Assembly (NCBI GenBank): GCA_963823035.1
Contig: CAWGKG010000014.1
Location: 128,001-192,000 of the forward strand
Direction: 5' to 3'
DNA length: 64,000 nt
DNA from: an uncultured Gemmatimonadales bacterium
GTDB taxonomy: Bacteria; Gemmatimonadota; Gemmatimonadetes; Longimicrobiales; Gaopeijiaceae
In this document: positions 39,762 through 49,997 of the stretch, in pieces
Position numbering within the stretch: position 1 is the first letter of the stretch
How the letters are laid out: every line of letters begins with the position of its first letter
The notes under the pieces: model-generated
Seen by the model: only the letters and a program-made list of their open reading frames with translations
Databases searched by the model: none
Told to the model about the DNA's origin: nothing
Position numbers and translations under genes: made by a program

Positions 39762-40950
39762 CGGCGAACCTGTCGTAGTTGGCACCGGCTTCGAAATGCT
39801 CGCGCTGGAACGCCCGGATGCGCTCCCGGTCGAACCGCCCCGGCTCGAGGGCGTGGCACACGGCGGCGGCCGCGGCCTCCGCGGTCGTGTCCGGGGCGAG
39901 CCGGACCCCCGTGACGTCCGTCACGATCTCCGGAACCCCTTGCACCGCCACGGCCACCACCGGCACGCCGAAGCTCGCGGCTTCCATCATCGACACGGGC
40001 AGGCCCTCGGACGTCGACATCGAGATCATCGCATCCACGCGATGCTCGCGATAGAAGCGCAGGAGCTCGGCGTTGTCCACGTGGCCGCGGAGCTCCCAGC
40101 GCACCCGCTCGGGGAGCCGCCGGGCCGCCTCCTCGACCCGGGCGCGGTCGGGGCCGTCCCCGAAGTGCACCCAGTGGAGCGCGCGCTCCGTTCGGGCCAG
40201 CACCTCCGGCATCCGGTCGATCCGCTTGGTGGGGATCATGCTCCCCACGGAGAGCACCAGGGGCGGATCGGATCGCGGGAGGTCGGCGATCGGCGGCGCG
40301 GGCACCCCGAGCCGGAAGGTGCGGATGCGGTCGCGGGCGCCGGGAGGCGCCCGCTCGACGAGGTAGCGGGTGCCGAACTCCGAGACCGGCGCGACCATGT
40401 CGAGCGCCCGCAGCTTGAAGGCGCGGAAGGGCACCACCCCCGAGGACCAACGCTCGTCGTACAGGTCGAAGCCGTGCGCCCGGGAGACGGCCGTACGGAC
40501 CGTGCCCTGCCGGCGCGCCAGCGCCAGCGCCAGTGTGCTGTTCTCGAACCAGTAGTCGTAGAAGACGGCGTCGCGAAGCTCGGGGCGCACGCGCACGAGC
40601 CTCCGCAGGGAACGGAGCTTGAGGACGTTGCGCGCCAGGACGTCGAGGTAGGTGCGCGGGTCCCCCGCGTGCGCGCGCAGCGTGCCGGGAGAGGCCAGCA
40701 CCGAAAGCGCCTCCCCGGAGACGAGGGCGAGCCGCCGCGCCGCGCCCGAGGGGGCGTCGAGCCAGTCCATCCGCACGAGCTCGACGCCGTCGGGGAGGGA
40801 TCGCTCGCCCGCCTCGACCGCGGACGGCAGCACCAGCACGCTCGGAAACCGGCGCGCCAGGACCTCGATCTCCGACTCCAGGAACGTCTCGCTCTTGTTG
40901 CCGAACGGATAGGTGGCGGTGAGCAGGACGAGCGGTGGAGGCCCGCTCAC
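39718..40950 (-). CDS. Glycosyltransferase family 4
   Basis: YPFG..ETFLESEI, RAHGFDLY and SEGLPVSMMEAASFG. Confidence 0.88.
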   Translation of the reverse strand: MSGPPPLVLLTATYPFGNKSETFLESEIEVLARRFPSVLVLPSAVEAGERSLPDGVELVRMDWLDAPSGAARRLALVSGEALSVLASPGTLRAHAGDPRTYLDVLARNVLKLRSLRRLVRVRPELRDAVFYDYWFENSTLALALARRQGTVRTAVSRAHGFDLYDERWSSGVVPFRAFKLRALDMVAPVSEFGTRYLVERAPPGARDRIRTFRLGVPAPPIADLPRSDPPLVLSVGSMIPTKRIDRMPEVLARTERALHWVHFGDGPDRARVEEAARRLPERVRWELRGHVDNAELLRFYREHRVDAMISMSTSEGLPVSMMEAASFGVPVVAVAVQGVPEIVTDVTGVRLAPDTTAEAAAAAVCHALEPGRFDRERIRAFQREHFEAGANYDRFADALIALREDQAPHS

Positions 40951-41655
40951 GCCCGCAACAACCTGCGCAGCCGCCCCCGGATGCGCTCCAGCAACGAGGG
41001 CGGCGGCGTCTGGACGTCGTGGAACGCCGCGTCCGGGCGCACGGGACGGAGCAGCGCCGCCACGTAGTCGCCCTCCTCGACCCAGATCGAGTACGTCTCC
41101 AGATGCGCGAGGTGGAGGCCGTGCTCGTGCGCGCGCGTGGCCACGCCGTGCGGGTGGATCGCCTGGTCCACGAGCTGCAGGATCTCCGGGCGGTGCGCCC
41201 GGCACCAGTCCAGGTACCACGGGTTCGGGTAGTGCAGCAGCACGAAGCCGTCCGGCTTCGTCCAGGAGGCGATGCGCTCGAAGAGGCGGTCGTGGTGCTC
41301 GAGCGGGATGTGCTCGATCACGTCGGGGAGCACCACGACGTCGAAGCGCTCCGTGAGGTCCATCTCGAGCACGTCGGCCGCCTCCAGCCGCACGTTCGTC
41401 GCGCCCCGCCAGCCGCCCGCGCGCCGCCTCGACGCTGCGCGGGCTCAGGTCGACGCCGAAGACGGAGCCGCCCGCGTCCAGCGCGTCGGACAGGAGCGCC
41501 GTCACCGTGCCGACGCCGCAGCCGATCTCGAGGACGCGGTGGTCCGGGCGCAGCCCGAAGCGCCGTAGCCAGCCGAGGATGGCACGGTGCCGCTCGTTGA
41601 CGCCGACCGCCGTCTGGCGGCCGACGTAGTCATCGTAGAAGGCCTTTGAGTCCAT
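40947..41655 (-). CDS. Class I SAM-dependent methyltransferase (frameshift near 41395)
   Basis: VLEIGCGVG, GVDLS and DVIEHIP. Confidence 0.85.
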
Positions 41656-42959
41656 CTCTCACGTAGCCGAGGTCACGTCCTTCCGGCACCACGCACGCGA
41701 GCGCCGGGAGCGAGGCGATGCGGGAGAACACCCACACCACCACGGCCGTGGTGACAAGGTAGGATACCGCCGACGCCGCGGCGGCACCCAGGATGCCGTA
41801 ACGGGGGATGAGGACCAGGTCGAGCACGACGGTGGCCACCAGCCCCACGAGCGAGGCACCGAGGTTCACGTGCTGTCGGTTCACGCCGGCCAGGGCGGCC
41901 GCGAGGATCACGCACAGCGTGAAGGGCACGCAGCCGAGGAGGAGGACGGCGAAGGGCGCGGCGGAGGCCACGAAGGCGTCCCCGTACAGCAGCCCGAGCC
42001 AGACGCGGGAGAAGACCACGATCGGGATCGCGAGGGCAGCCGTCACACCGAACACGAGGCGGGCCAGGCGCGCGGCCTGGGGGAAGCCGGCGCCCGGATC
42101 TCCGGAAGCCATCGCAGGCATGAGCACCGTCGAGGTCGACCGCGGCAGCACCCACAGGGTCATGGCCAGGCTCGCCGCCAGCGAGTAGATGCCCAGCGCC
42201 GCCGATCCCGTGAAGTACTGCACGATCCAGATGTCGACGCGGTAGTTGAGGAACTGCGCGATGTTGGCCACCCAGGTGAGCGTGGCGTAGCGGACCATGT
42301 CGCGCAGGAGGGCGGCGTCGAGCAGATGGAGGGAGAAGCGCACGCCGAGCATCCGGTACGCGGCGAGCGCCAGCATGGCCGCGTTGAAGAGCATCACGGC
42401 GAGGTAGACCTGGAACACCTCACTCGAGCCGACGGCCCATACGGCCGGTGCGTTGCAGCGCGTACAGGGTCGCGTAGACGACCATCCCGACGGCGGCGAG
42501 GGACACGCTCGCCACGTTGAGGGCGGCGAACGAGCGGTGGCCCGCGAACACCGAGGCGATGTTGCCGTACACGAGGGTGCCCGCCACCACCCCCGCGAGC
42601 GCCAGCTCCATCGACAGGCTCTGCTTCGAGAGCGGGAGGAAGAGCTCGTTGTCGAGCAGTACGTCGTTGGCGTGCACCGTGGCGAACACCAGCACGGCGA
42701 CGAAGGCCGCGAAGAGGAAGAGCGAGGTGAGGATGCGCTCCCTCGGCACCCTGTCCCGCGCCACGAAGTAGCGCAGCGACAGGTCGAAGCCGAAGCCGAA
42801 CAGGAGGCTCAGGATCCCGAACGACGCGGAGAAGACCGCGAACTCGCCGCGCCCCACCACCCCGAGCGTCCGGGTGAGGAAGATCGAGTTGCCGAACGAG
42901 AAGACGAGGGTCAGCAGGTTGCTCGCGAAGACGCCGAGGGCGCTTCGGCCCATCCTCAT
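41630..42959 (-). CDS. wzx: Wzx-like flippase (frameshift near 42420)
   Basis: TRTLGVVGRGEFA, LNYRVDIWIV, LGIYSLA and LIPRYGILGAAAAS. Confidence 0.85.
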
Positions 42960-44282
42960 CGGCGCGGCGCCTCCGGCTCCGCGTCCCCGCCCCCCACGCC
43001 GCCGACCGCGACCACCCCCAGGAGGCCGATCACGATCCAGACGTGGCGCAGGTCCTCGCTGGCGAGGAAGAGCGCGTGCACCGCCACCGCGAGCAGCGCG
43101 AGCAGCACGGCCGTGCGCGGGCGCGACGGAGCCGTGCCGCGCCGCACCCCCGAGATCACGAGCCAGAGCCCGACGCCGAGGAGCAGCAGCCCCACGACCC
43201 CGAACTGGCCCAGAACCGAGAGGTAGGCGTCGTGCGCGTCCCAGAGCGCGGGCGTGAACCCCGCCGCGGGGTCCGGGGCGCTCGCCAGGAAGGGTGCCGC
43301 GCCCACGCCGCGCACCGGTGCCAGCGCGATGGCCGCGAGGCTGCTCTTCCAGATCGCCGGGCGAAGTGCCGTCGTGACCACGTGCAGCGGGCCGACCTCC
43401 ACGTCCAGCGGAACGACCAGCGCCACGAAGGTGGCGACGGCCACGACCATCCCCAGCCCCGCCACGAGCATGCCGACACCCCGGTGCCGGTCGCGCACCA
43501 TGTGCACGCCGACGAGCACGGCCACGACGCCCGCGCCCACCCACGCCGTCGAGGTGGTGAGCGCGAGCGCACCGGCGAGCGCTCCGGCCAGGACCAGGCC
43601 CCCCGTACGCCCCGCGCCCCTCCAGCGTGGGCCAGCGGCCCCAGAGCAGGAGTGCGGTCACCACCAGGTAGTCGCCGAACATGTTCGGATGGAGGAACGG
43701 ACCCGACACCCGCGCGAACGGCAGGCCCATGACGCCCGTGCCGCCCTGACGGACCGAGTCACCGATGCCTCCCGGCGGGAAGAAGCCGAGCACCGCCGTC
43801 ACGAGCAGCGCGATCCCGGCTCCACCGAGCCAGGCGTCGCAGGCGCGTCGCCACCCGATGCCGCTCGACGCGAGCGCTCCCGCACACAGCACCAGCGCGA
43901 CCGTGGCGCTCCCCTTCGCGAGCGCGTAGGGGAGGTGGAAGCCCCACACGCCCGAGGTCGCGACCCACAGCCCGAAGATCGCGAGCACGCCCAGCCCCAT
44001 CAGGTAGCGTCGCGGGGGCAGCGCGGGCTCGTGCTCGCCCGCCAGGGCGCGCGTCAGCCGGCGGACACGGTCCGGATGCGTGGCCCGCTCGAACGCCCAT
44101 GCCAGGAGGAGCAGGAGGAGCAGGCCGTCCGCGCCGGTGGCCGTGGCCCCACCCACCGGAAGCACCACCATGTGCCCGATCGGGAGGAGCAGCAGGAGCA
44201 GCCCACCGGCCACGATCGTGGGCGTGCGCCCCGCACGTGCGGGCGGCGGCTCGGGAGACGGGGCGGAGGGGTCGGAGGGCAC
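42956..44282 (-). CDS. O-antigen ligase/Wzy family membrane protein (frameshift near 43600; start uncertain, possibly 44334)
   Basis: RVSGPFLHPNMFG, RPAIW...GVG and AHDAYLSVLGQFGVVG (Wzy_C). Confidence 0.78.
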
Positions 44283-44362
44283 GGTGGGCGCGGTGGTGAG
44301 GAAGGGCGGTCGACCGGCGGGTCTCCGTAATCATGCGACCCGCCCGGCCTCGGGGGAAGCGA

Positions 44363-44395
44363 AAGGGCCCCCGCGGATGATCCGCGGGGGCCCTT
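44363..44395 (-). terminator. Stem-loop downstream of rpmB
   Basis: Perfect inverted repeat AAGGGCCCCCGCGGAT-g-ATCCGCGGGGGCCCTT, with a short U-run on the minus strand. Confidence 0.65.
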
Positions 44396-44450
44396 CGGGG
44401 TCTCGCTCGTCGGTCGGGCGCCGCCCGACCGGCCGGAAGGGTCGGTGCCC

Positions 44451-44657
44451 TCAGACGGTCGTCGCGGGCGCCTTGGTGACCTTCCCCGCCGAGATGCACG
44501 AGGTGCACACGCGCACGCGGCGGCGCTCCCCCTTCTCGTCCAGGATCTTCACGGTCTGGAGGTTCGGGAGCCAGCGGCGCTTCGTCTTGTTGTTGGCGTG
44601 GCTGACGGAGTTCCCGCTCGCGGGACCCTTGCCACACACATAGCACACTCGAGCCAT
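44451..44657 (-). CDS. rpmB: 50S ribosomal protein L28
   Basis: [10 protein letters not shown]...[20 protein letters not shown]...CTSC. Confidence 0.97.
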   Translation of the reverse strand: MARVCYVCGKGPASGNSVSHANNKTKRRWLPNLQTVKILDEKGERRRVRVCTSCISAGKVTKAPATTV

Positions 44658-44702
44658 CGTCTATGATTCCTGCGTTGATTTACCGTTCTCGGAGGCGGCG
44701 CC

Positions 44703-45266
44703 TCAGTTCGCGCCGCCGTCGCCAGTGCCACCGCTGCCCGCGATGACCGTCACGCGCGCCGCGTCGATGTAGTGCGTCGCGAACTCGGCGGCGAGCCTGT
44801 CGCCCTCGCCGATCGATCCCGCCGTACTCCAGGCGTTCAGCACGGAGTCCGACATCGGCACGACCGTGCCGATCACCGTGGCGTGCTGTCCCGCGGAGAC
44901 CGTGACGCCCTCCGCCTTCACGGCCTCGGACATCGAGACGAGGAAGGGGTTCTTGTTGGGCATCTCGAGCCAGAAGCCCTGCTGCCCGAGCGGGGAAGCC
45001 ACGGGCATGTCCTCGAGCTTCACCACCTGCCCCTCGTACGGCGACGCGTCCATCTGGATCGCGGAGGCCGAAATCGTAAGGGCACCCAGGTTGTCCTCGG
45101 CGCTGTCGGCCGCGGCCTGCTCCTGGATGGCCGCCGCCCGCTCCGCCTCATGCGCGCGCGCCTGCAGGTTGAGCCAATACAGGAACCCGATCATGGCGAG
45201 GAACGCCACGATCATCAGAGGCATCCCGAGGTTCGCAGCACCGCGCCGGGAAGCGTTGTCGCCCAT
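44703..45266 (-). CDS. Hypothetical membrane-anchored protein
   Basis: One N-terminal transmembrane segment (LMIVAFLAMIGFLYWL), a helical linker and a beta-rich C-terminal domain; host-like codon usage. Confidence 0.7.
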   Translation of the reverse strand: MGDNASRRGAANLGMPLMIVAFLAMIGFLYWLNLQARAHEAERAAAIQEQAAADSAEDNLGALTISASAIQMDASPYEGQVVKLEDMPVASPLGQQGFWLEMPNKNPFLVSMSEAVKAEGVTVSAGQHATVIGTVVPMSDSVLNAWSTAGSIGEGDRLAAEFATHYIDAARVTVIAGSGGTGDGGAN

Positions 45267-45315
45267 GTCCGTCGTCCTGTCCGCTGGGTTGGTCCGTGGT
45301 TGAGAGACCGGCAAC

Positions 45316-45670
45316 TTAATCGACCAACTCGATCAGCGACATCTCCGCCGCGTCACCCTTTCGGTTGCCGAGCTTCAGGATACGGGTGTACCCACCCGGA
45401 CGCTCCGAATAGCGCGGACCGATGTCGTCGAAGAGTGAGCCCAGGACCTGGCGGTCCTGGATCTTCGTGGCGGCGAGCCGGCGCGCGTGCAGGTCGCCCC
45501 GCTTCGCGAGCGTGATCAGCCGCTCCGCGAACGGCCGCAGCTCCTTCGCCTTGGCCGTGGTGGTCTCGATCCGCCCGTGCCTGAACAGCGACGACTGCCA
45601 TGTTGCGCATCGTCGCCCTCTTGTGGCTCGCGGTGCGGGAGAGCTTCCTCCCCTTCTTACGGTGCCGCAT
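45316..45670 (-). CDS. rplQ: 50S ribosomal protein L17 (frameshift near 45595)
   Basis: [12 protein letters not shown], then in the shifted frame TTTAKAKE...[16 protein letters not shown]. Confidence 0.95.
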
Positions 45671-45672
45671 GG

Positions 45673-46716
45673 TTACTCCTCGCCACTCCCAGCCGTCTCC
45701 GGCTCTTCCTCGACGAAGAAGAGGCGACCATCGTCGCCCTCCTCGAGCATCATCCCGAAACGAAGACCGTGCTCCTCCAGGAAGTCCGAGATCTCCTTCA
45801 GGGACTTCTTCCCGAAGTTCTCGATCTGGAGCATGTCGTCTTCGGAGCGCTGCACCAGGTCACCCAGCGTGCGGATGTTCTCCTTCTGCAGCGAATTGCG
45901 CGACCGGACGGACAGCTCAGCGAGGTCCTCGATCGGGCGCGCGAACAGGTCCTGCAGCCGCTCCGGAACCACCACGGCTCCGGGAGGCGCCACCTCGGGG
46001 ATCCCGCCCTCTCCGAAGTAGAGCATGTACTCGAGGTGCTTGCGCACCAGCTCGGAGGCGTAGGCGACCGCCGTCTCCGGATCGATCGAGCCGTCGGTCT
46101 CCACCTGGAGGGTGAGCCGATCGAAGTCGGTGCGCTGACCGACGCGGGTCTCCTCCACCGTGAAGTTGGCGCGGCGGACGGGGTTGTAGATCGAGTCGAT
46201 CCGTACCAGGTCCACCGGGGCGCCGCGGGGCATGACGTGCTGATCGGCCAGCACGAAGCCACGACCCTTGTTCACGTGCAGCTCGACGTTCAGGGCGCGG
46301 TCGTCCTGCAGGGTGAAGAGGTGCTGGCCCGGATCGAGGATGTCGGCGCCCTGCTGGGTCTGGATGCTGCCGGCCGTGACCGGTCCGGCCTTGTCCACGT
46401 GGATCTCGAGCACCGTCTCGTCGACGTCCGGGTCCAGCGACACCACGAGGGCCTTGAGGTTCTGGATCACCTGATGCACGTCCTCGACCACACCACCGAT
46501 CGTCTGGTGCTCGTGCACCACACCGTCGATGCGGAACGCCCAGACGGCGGAGCCGCGCAGCGACGACAGCAGGACGCGGCGGACCGAGTTACCGAGCGTA
46601 TGTCCGAAGCCGCGCTCGAGCGGCTCGATCACGAAGCGCGCCGACCTGCCGTCTTCGGACTTCTCGACGGCTTCCACGCGCTCCGGCAGAACCAACCCGG
46701 TGAGATCTATCTCCAC
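45673..46716 (-). CDS. rpoA: RNA polymerase alpha subunit
   Basis: EPLERGFGHTLGNSVRRVLLSS, ELSVRSRN and NFGKKSLKEI. Confidence 0.98.
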   Translation of the reverse strand: MEIDLTGLVLPERVEAVEKSEDGRSARFVIEPLERGFGHTLGNSVRRVLLSSLRGSAVWAFRIDGVVHEHQTIGGVVEDVHQVIQNLKALVVSLDPDVDETVLEIHVDKAGPVTAGSIQTQQGADILDPGQHLFTLQDDRALNVELHVNKGRGFVLADQHVMPRGAPVDLVRIDSIYNPVRRANFTVEETRVGQRTDFDRLTLQVETDGSIDPETAVAYASELVRKHLEYMLYFGEGGIPEVAPPGAVVVPERLQDLFARPIEDLAELSVRSRNSLQKENIRTLGDLVQRSEDDMLQIENFGKKSLKEISDFLEEHGLRFGMMLEEGDDGRLFFVEEEPETAGSGEE

Positions 46717-46795
46717 TGTGTCCTCCTGGGGATTACTCGGCCACTACAGCCGGGAAGCGACGCCCGGACCCCGCTCACGGGCCCGGGCACGCGAA

Positions 46796-47431
46796 TTACT
46801 TCGAGTAGAGCTCGACGATGAGCTGCACCTGGGCCGCCAGCGGGACGTCCTCGCGGGTCGGCTTGCGCACCATCCGGCCGACGCGGCTCTTCTCGTCCAG
46901 CGCGAGCCAGTCCAGCAGCGACGGGCGCGTGCGGGCCTCGAGGGACGCCTGGATCGAGACCAGATCCTTCGACTTGGGGCGCACGGCGATCTCGTCGCCC
47001 GGCGTCACGTCGAAGCTGGGCACGTCCACCACACGGCCGTTCACCTCGACGTGGCGATGCCGAACGAGCTGGCGCGCCGCGCTCCGGCTGGACGCGAAGC
47101 CCATGCGGAACACGATGTTGTCGAGGCGGGACTCCAGCGACACGACCAGATTGTCGCCGGTGACCCCCGGAACCGAAGCCGCCGCCTCGAAGAGGTTGCG
47201 GAATTGCTTCTCGTGGAGCCCGTAGATGCGCTTCACCTTCTGCTTTTCACGCAGCTGGTTCGCGTACTCGGACTGCTTGCGACGGCGCGCCTGCGCGGGG
47301 CCGTGCTGGCCCGGCGGATAGGCGCGGCGGTCGACGGGGCATTTCTCCGTGTAGCACTTCTGCCCCTTCAGGAAGAGCTTCTGCCCTTCCCGGCGGCAGA
47401 GCCTGCAGACCGGACCGGTGTAGCGACTCAT
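46796..47431 (-). CDS. rpsD: 30S ribosomal protein S4
   Basis: CRLCRREG, PPGQHG, LESRLDN and IVELYSK. Confidence 0.98.
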   Translation of the reverse strand: MSRYTGPVCRLCRREGQKLFLKGQKCYTEKCPVDRRAYPPGQHGPAQARRRKQSEYANQLREKQKVKRIYGLHEKQFRNLFEAAASVPGVTGDNLVVSLESRLDNIVFRMGFASSRSAARQLVRHRHVEVNGRVVDVPSFDVTPGDEIAVRPKSKDLVSIQASLEARTRPSLLDWLALDEKSRVGRMVRKPTREDVPLAAQVQLIVELYSK

Positions 47432-47452
47432 TCTTCTATCGTTCCCTGTTCC

Positions 47453-47842
47453 TCAGACGCGGCGCTTCTTCGGCGGCCGACACCCGTTGTGGGGGAGCGG
47501 GGTGACGTCCTGGATGGACTTGATGAACAGCCCCGCGGAAGCGAGCGCCTGGATGGCCGACTCACGTCCCGAGCCGGGGCCCTGGACCTGGACGTCGATG
47601 CGCTTGACGCCGAGACCGACCGCCTCACGACCCGCCTGCTCGGCCGCCACGGTCGCCGCGAACGGCGTCGACTTCTTCGAGCCCTTGAACCCGGCCTTGC
47701 CGGCGCTCGACCAGACGACGGTGTTCCCGGCCCGATCCGTGATCGTGATGATCGTGTTGTTGAAGGTCGCCGCGATGTGCGCGACGCCCTCCGCCTCCAC
47801 GACTCGCTTCGTGCGTTTGGTACGGGTCTTGGGATTGGCCAC
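47453..47842 (-). CDS. rpsK: 30S ribosomal protein S11
   Basis: TFNNTI, KSTPFAA and [18 protein letters not shown]. Confidence 0.98.
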   Translation of the reverse strand: MANPKTRTKRTKRVVEAEGVAHIAATFNNTIITITDRAGNTVVWSSAGKAGFKGSKKSTPFAATVAAEQAGREAVGLGVKRIDVQVQGPGSGRESAIQALASAGLFIKSIQDVTPLPHNGCRPPKKRRV

Positions 47843-47961
47843 GGTCTTCTCTGACTCTTCCTTTGCTCGTCACCTGGAACGCGGATGCGGCGTGCCGGAG
47901 CGCTGAAGGCGCTCCGGGGATCGCCGCATCGACTTCCTGCGGGGACGCCCTGGGGCGACCC

Positions 47962-48342
47962 CTACTTCTTGCTCGCCTTCTTCTTGCCCGCGATGGCCCG
48001 ACGGGGGCCCTTCTTGGTACGCGCGTTCGTGTGCGTCCGCTGGCCGCGCACCGGGAGCCCGCGACGGTGCCGCAGCCCGCGGTAGCAGCCGATGTCCATG
48101 AGCCGCTTGATGTTCATGGACACTTCGGTCCGCAGCGAACCCTCCACCTTGTAGCCCGCCTCGATCGTCCGGCGCAGGCGGTTCACCTCGTCGTCGGAGA
48201 TGTCCTGCGTTCTCCGGCTCGGGTCCACACCGCACTGCTGGAGGATCTCGGTGGCTCGCGACCGGCCGATACCGTAGATGTACGTGAGGGCGATCTCGAT
48301 CCGCTTCCCGCGCGGGAGGTCGACGCCTGCGATACGTGCCAT
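47962..48342 (-). CDS. rpsM: 30S ribosomal protein S13
   Basis: [10 protein letters not shown] and [16 protein letters not shown]. Confidence 0.98.
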   Translation of the reverse strand: MARIAGVDLPRGKRIEIALTYIYGIGRSRATEILQQCGVDPSRRTQDISDDEVNRLRRTIEAGYKVEGSLRTEVSMNIKRLMDIGCYRGLRHRRGLPVRGQRTHTNARTKKGPRRAIAGKKKASKK

Positions 48343-48350
48343 GTGTGCTC

Positions 48351-48467
48351 TCAGCCCTGGCGTTGCTTGTGCTTGGGATTGCGGCTGCAGATGATGCGCA
48401 CCACCCCGCGGCGGCGGATCACCTTGCAGTGCTCACAGATCGGCTTGACGCTGCTTCGGACCTTCAC
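48351..48467 (-). CDS. rpmJ: 50S ribosomal protein L36
   Basis: Below the ORF-track cutoff; translated by hand as [38 protein letters not shown]. Confidence 0.97.
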   Translation of the reverse strand: MKVRSSVKPICEHCKVIRRRGVVRIICSRNPKHKQRQG

Positions 48468-48505
48468 GGTTCACTTCTCCACATTCGTTTGTGGTAGAGC
48501 TAGGT

Positions 48506-48534
48506 AGTATAACCAGGGTGTTCCCACCCTTCAA
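48506..48534 (-). promoter_or_regulatory. Sigma70-type promoter for rpmJ and the alpha operon
   Basis: TTGAAG-N17-TATACT on the minus strand. The -35 box overlaps the map stop codon. Confidence 0.7.
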
Positions 48535-49310
48535 GCGCCCACCGCATCGACCGGATGGGCCGCGTTCGTCAGGACCCGAGGTCCATCGGTGGTGATCGCG
48601 ACCGTGTGCTCGAAATGGGCGGACAACGTCCGGTCCGACGTCACCACCGTCCAGCCGTCGTCGAGCGTGCGGATGCCCGGCGATCCCGCCGACAGCATCG
48701 GCTCGATGGCGATGACCATTCCCTCGCGCAGGAGCGGCCCGTGCCCGGGGCGCCCCACGTTCGGGACCTGCGGCTCCTCGTGGACGTCGCGGCCCACGCC
48801 GTGCCCCACCAGGTCCCGGATGATCCCGTAGCGGGTCTCGTCCACGGCCGCCATGACCGCCGCGCCGATGTCCCCGACGTGGTTGCCACGCACGGCCGCC
48901 TCGATGGCCGCCCACAGCGAGCCTTCCGTGGTCTCCATGAGGCTCATCGTGCTCTGGTCGACCTCACCGACCGGGAACGTCCACGCCGAATCGGAGCACC
49001 ACCCGTCCAGCTTGACACCCACGTCGACCGAGACGATGTCGCCCTCCGCGAGGATCCGCTGGTGCGACGGGATGCCGTGCACGACCTCTTCGTTCACGGA
49101 GACGCAAACCGCGCCCGGGAAGCCGTACAGACCCTTGAAGGCCGGCACCGCACCCTCGGTGGCGCGGATGTAGTCCTCGCAGAACCGATCCAGCTTCGCC
49201 GTGCTGACGCCGGGCGCGACCTCGGCACGCACCGCGTCCAGGAGGCCGCCGATGATGGCGCCTCCCCGCGCGATGGCGTCGATCTCGTCCGGCGTACGCA
49301 GATGGATCAC
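48531..49310 (-). CDS. map: Methionine aminopeptidase type I
   Basis: SVNEEVVHGIP, DVG, DSA, GHGVG, IEPM and SAHFEHT. GTG start at 49310. Confidence 0.96.
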   Translation of the reverse strand: MIHLRTPDEIDAIARGGAIIGGLLDAVRAEVAPGVSTAKLDRFCEDYIRATEGAVPAFKGLYGFPGAVCVSVNEEVVHGIPSHQRILAEGDIVSVDVGVKLDGWCSDSAWTFPVGEVDQSTMSLMETTEGSLWAAIEAAVRGNHVGDIGAAVMAAVDETRYGIIRDLVGHGVGRDVHEEPQVPNVGRPGHGPLLREGMVIAIEPMLSAGSPGIRTLDDGWTVVTSDRTLSAHFEHTVAITTDGPRVLTNAAHPVDAVGA

Positions 49311-49314
49311 TCGA

Positions 49315-49962
49315 CTAGTATCCCACGGCCTTGCGGAAGGACTCGTGGACCTTGTCCACCGGGGCCCCCGCGCCGACGTGAACCACACGGGCGTCGGACC
49401 CCTCGTACCACTCGATGAGCGGGGCCGTCTGCTCCTTGTAGACCTCCAGCCGGTGACGCACCGTCTCCGGCTTGTCGTCCTCGCGCTGCACCAGCGTGCC
49501 CCCACACCGGTCGCACCGGTCCTCGGTGGTCGGCGCCGTGAGGTGCACGTTGAAGACGCCGCCGCAGTCCGGGCAACTCCGCCGCCCCGACAGTCGCTTC
49601 ACCAGCTCCTCGTCCGACGCCTCGAACACGACCACGCGATCGACGCGCCGATGCACGCCCTGGAGCACGTGCTCGAGCCCCTCGGCCTGCGCGGTGGTGC
49701 GGGGGAAGCCGTCGAAGAGGATCCCCGCCTCCGGCGCGATTCCCTTGAGATGGTCACGGACCAGGTCCAGGATCAGCGAGTCGGGAACGAGCTCGCCGGC
49801 ATCCATGTAGCTCTGGGCCTTCTTGCCCAGCTCCGTGCCCTCCCTGCGCGCCGCCCGCAGGAGGTCGCCGGTGGAGACGTGCTCCCAGCCGACGCTGTCC
49901 GCCAGGCGCACCGCCTGGGTTCCCTTTCCGACCCCTGGGGGTCCCAGCAAGATCACGACCAT
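49315..49962 (-). CDS. adk: Adenylate kinase
   Basis: GPPGVGKGTQA, STGDLLR, DGFPRT and a Zn-binding lid CPDC...CDRC. Confidence 0.97.
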   Translation of the reverse strand: MVVILLGPPGVGKGTQAVRLADSVGWEHVSTGDLLRAARREGTELGKKAQSYMDAGELVPDSLILDLVRDHLKGIAPEAGILFDGFPRTTAQAEGLEHVLQGVHRRVDRVVVFEASDEELVKRLSGRRSCPDCGGVFNVHLTAPTTEDRCDRCGGTLVQREDDKPETVRHRLEVYKEQTAPLIEWYEGSDARVVHVGAGAPVDKVHESFRKAVGY

Positions 49963-49997
49963 GGTATCCCTGCCTCAGCAACGCCGGCCACTGAACG

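Noticed and set aside
26965..41655. Giant multi-domain ORFs in the track (1092 aa at 26965..30243, 1487 aa at 32642..37105, 645 aa at 39718..41655)
   Set aside because: They are chains of overlapping genes joined by Arg/Ala/Gly-rich off-frame sequence. Each real gene has its own coupled start.
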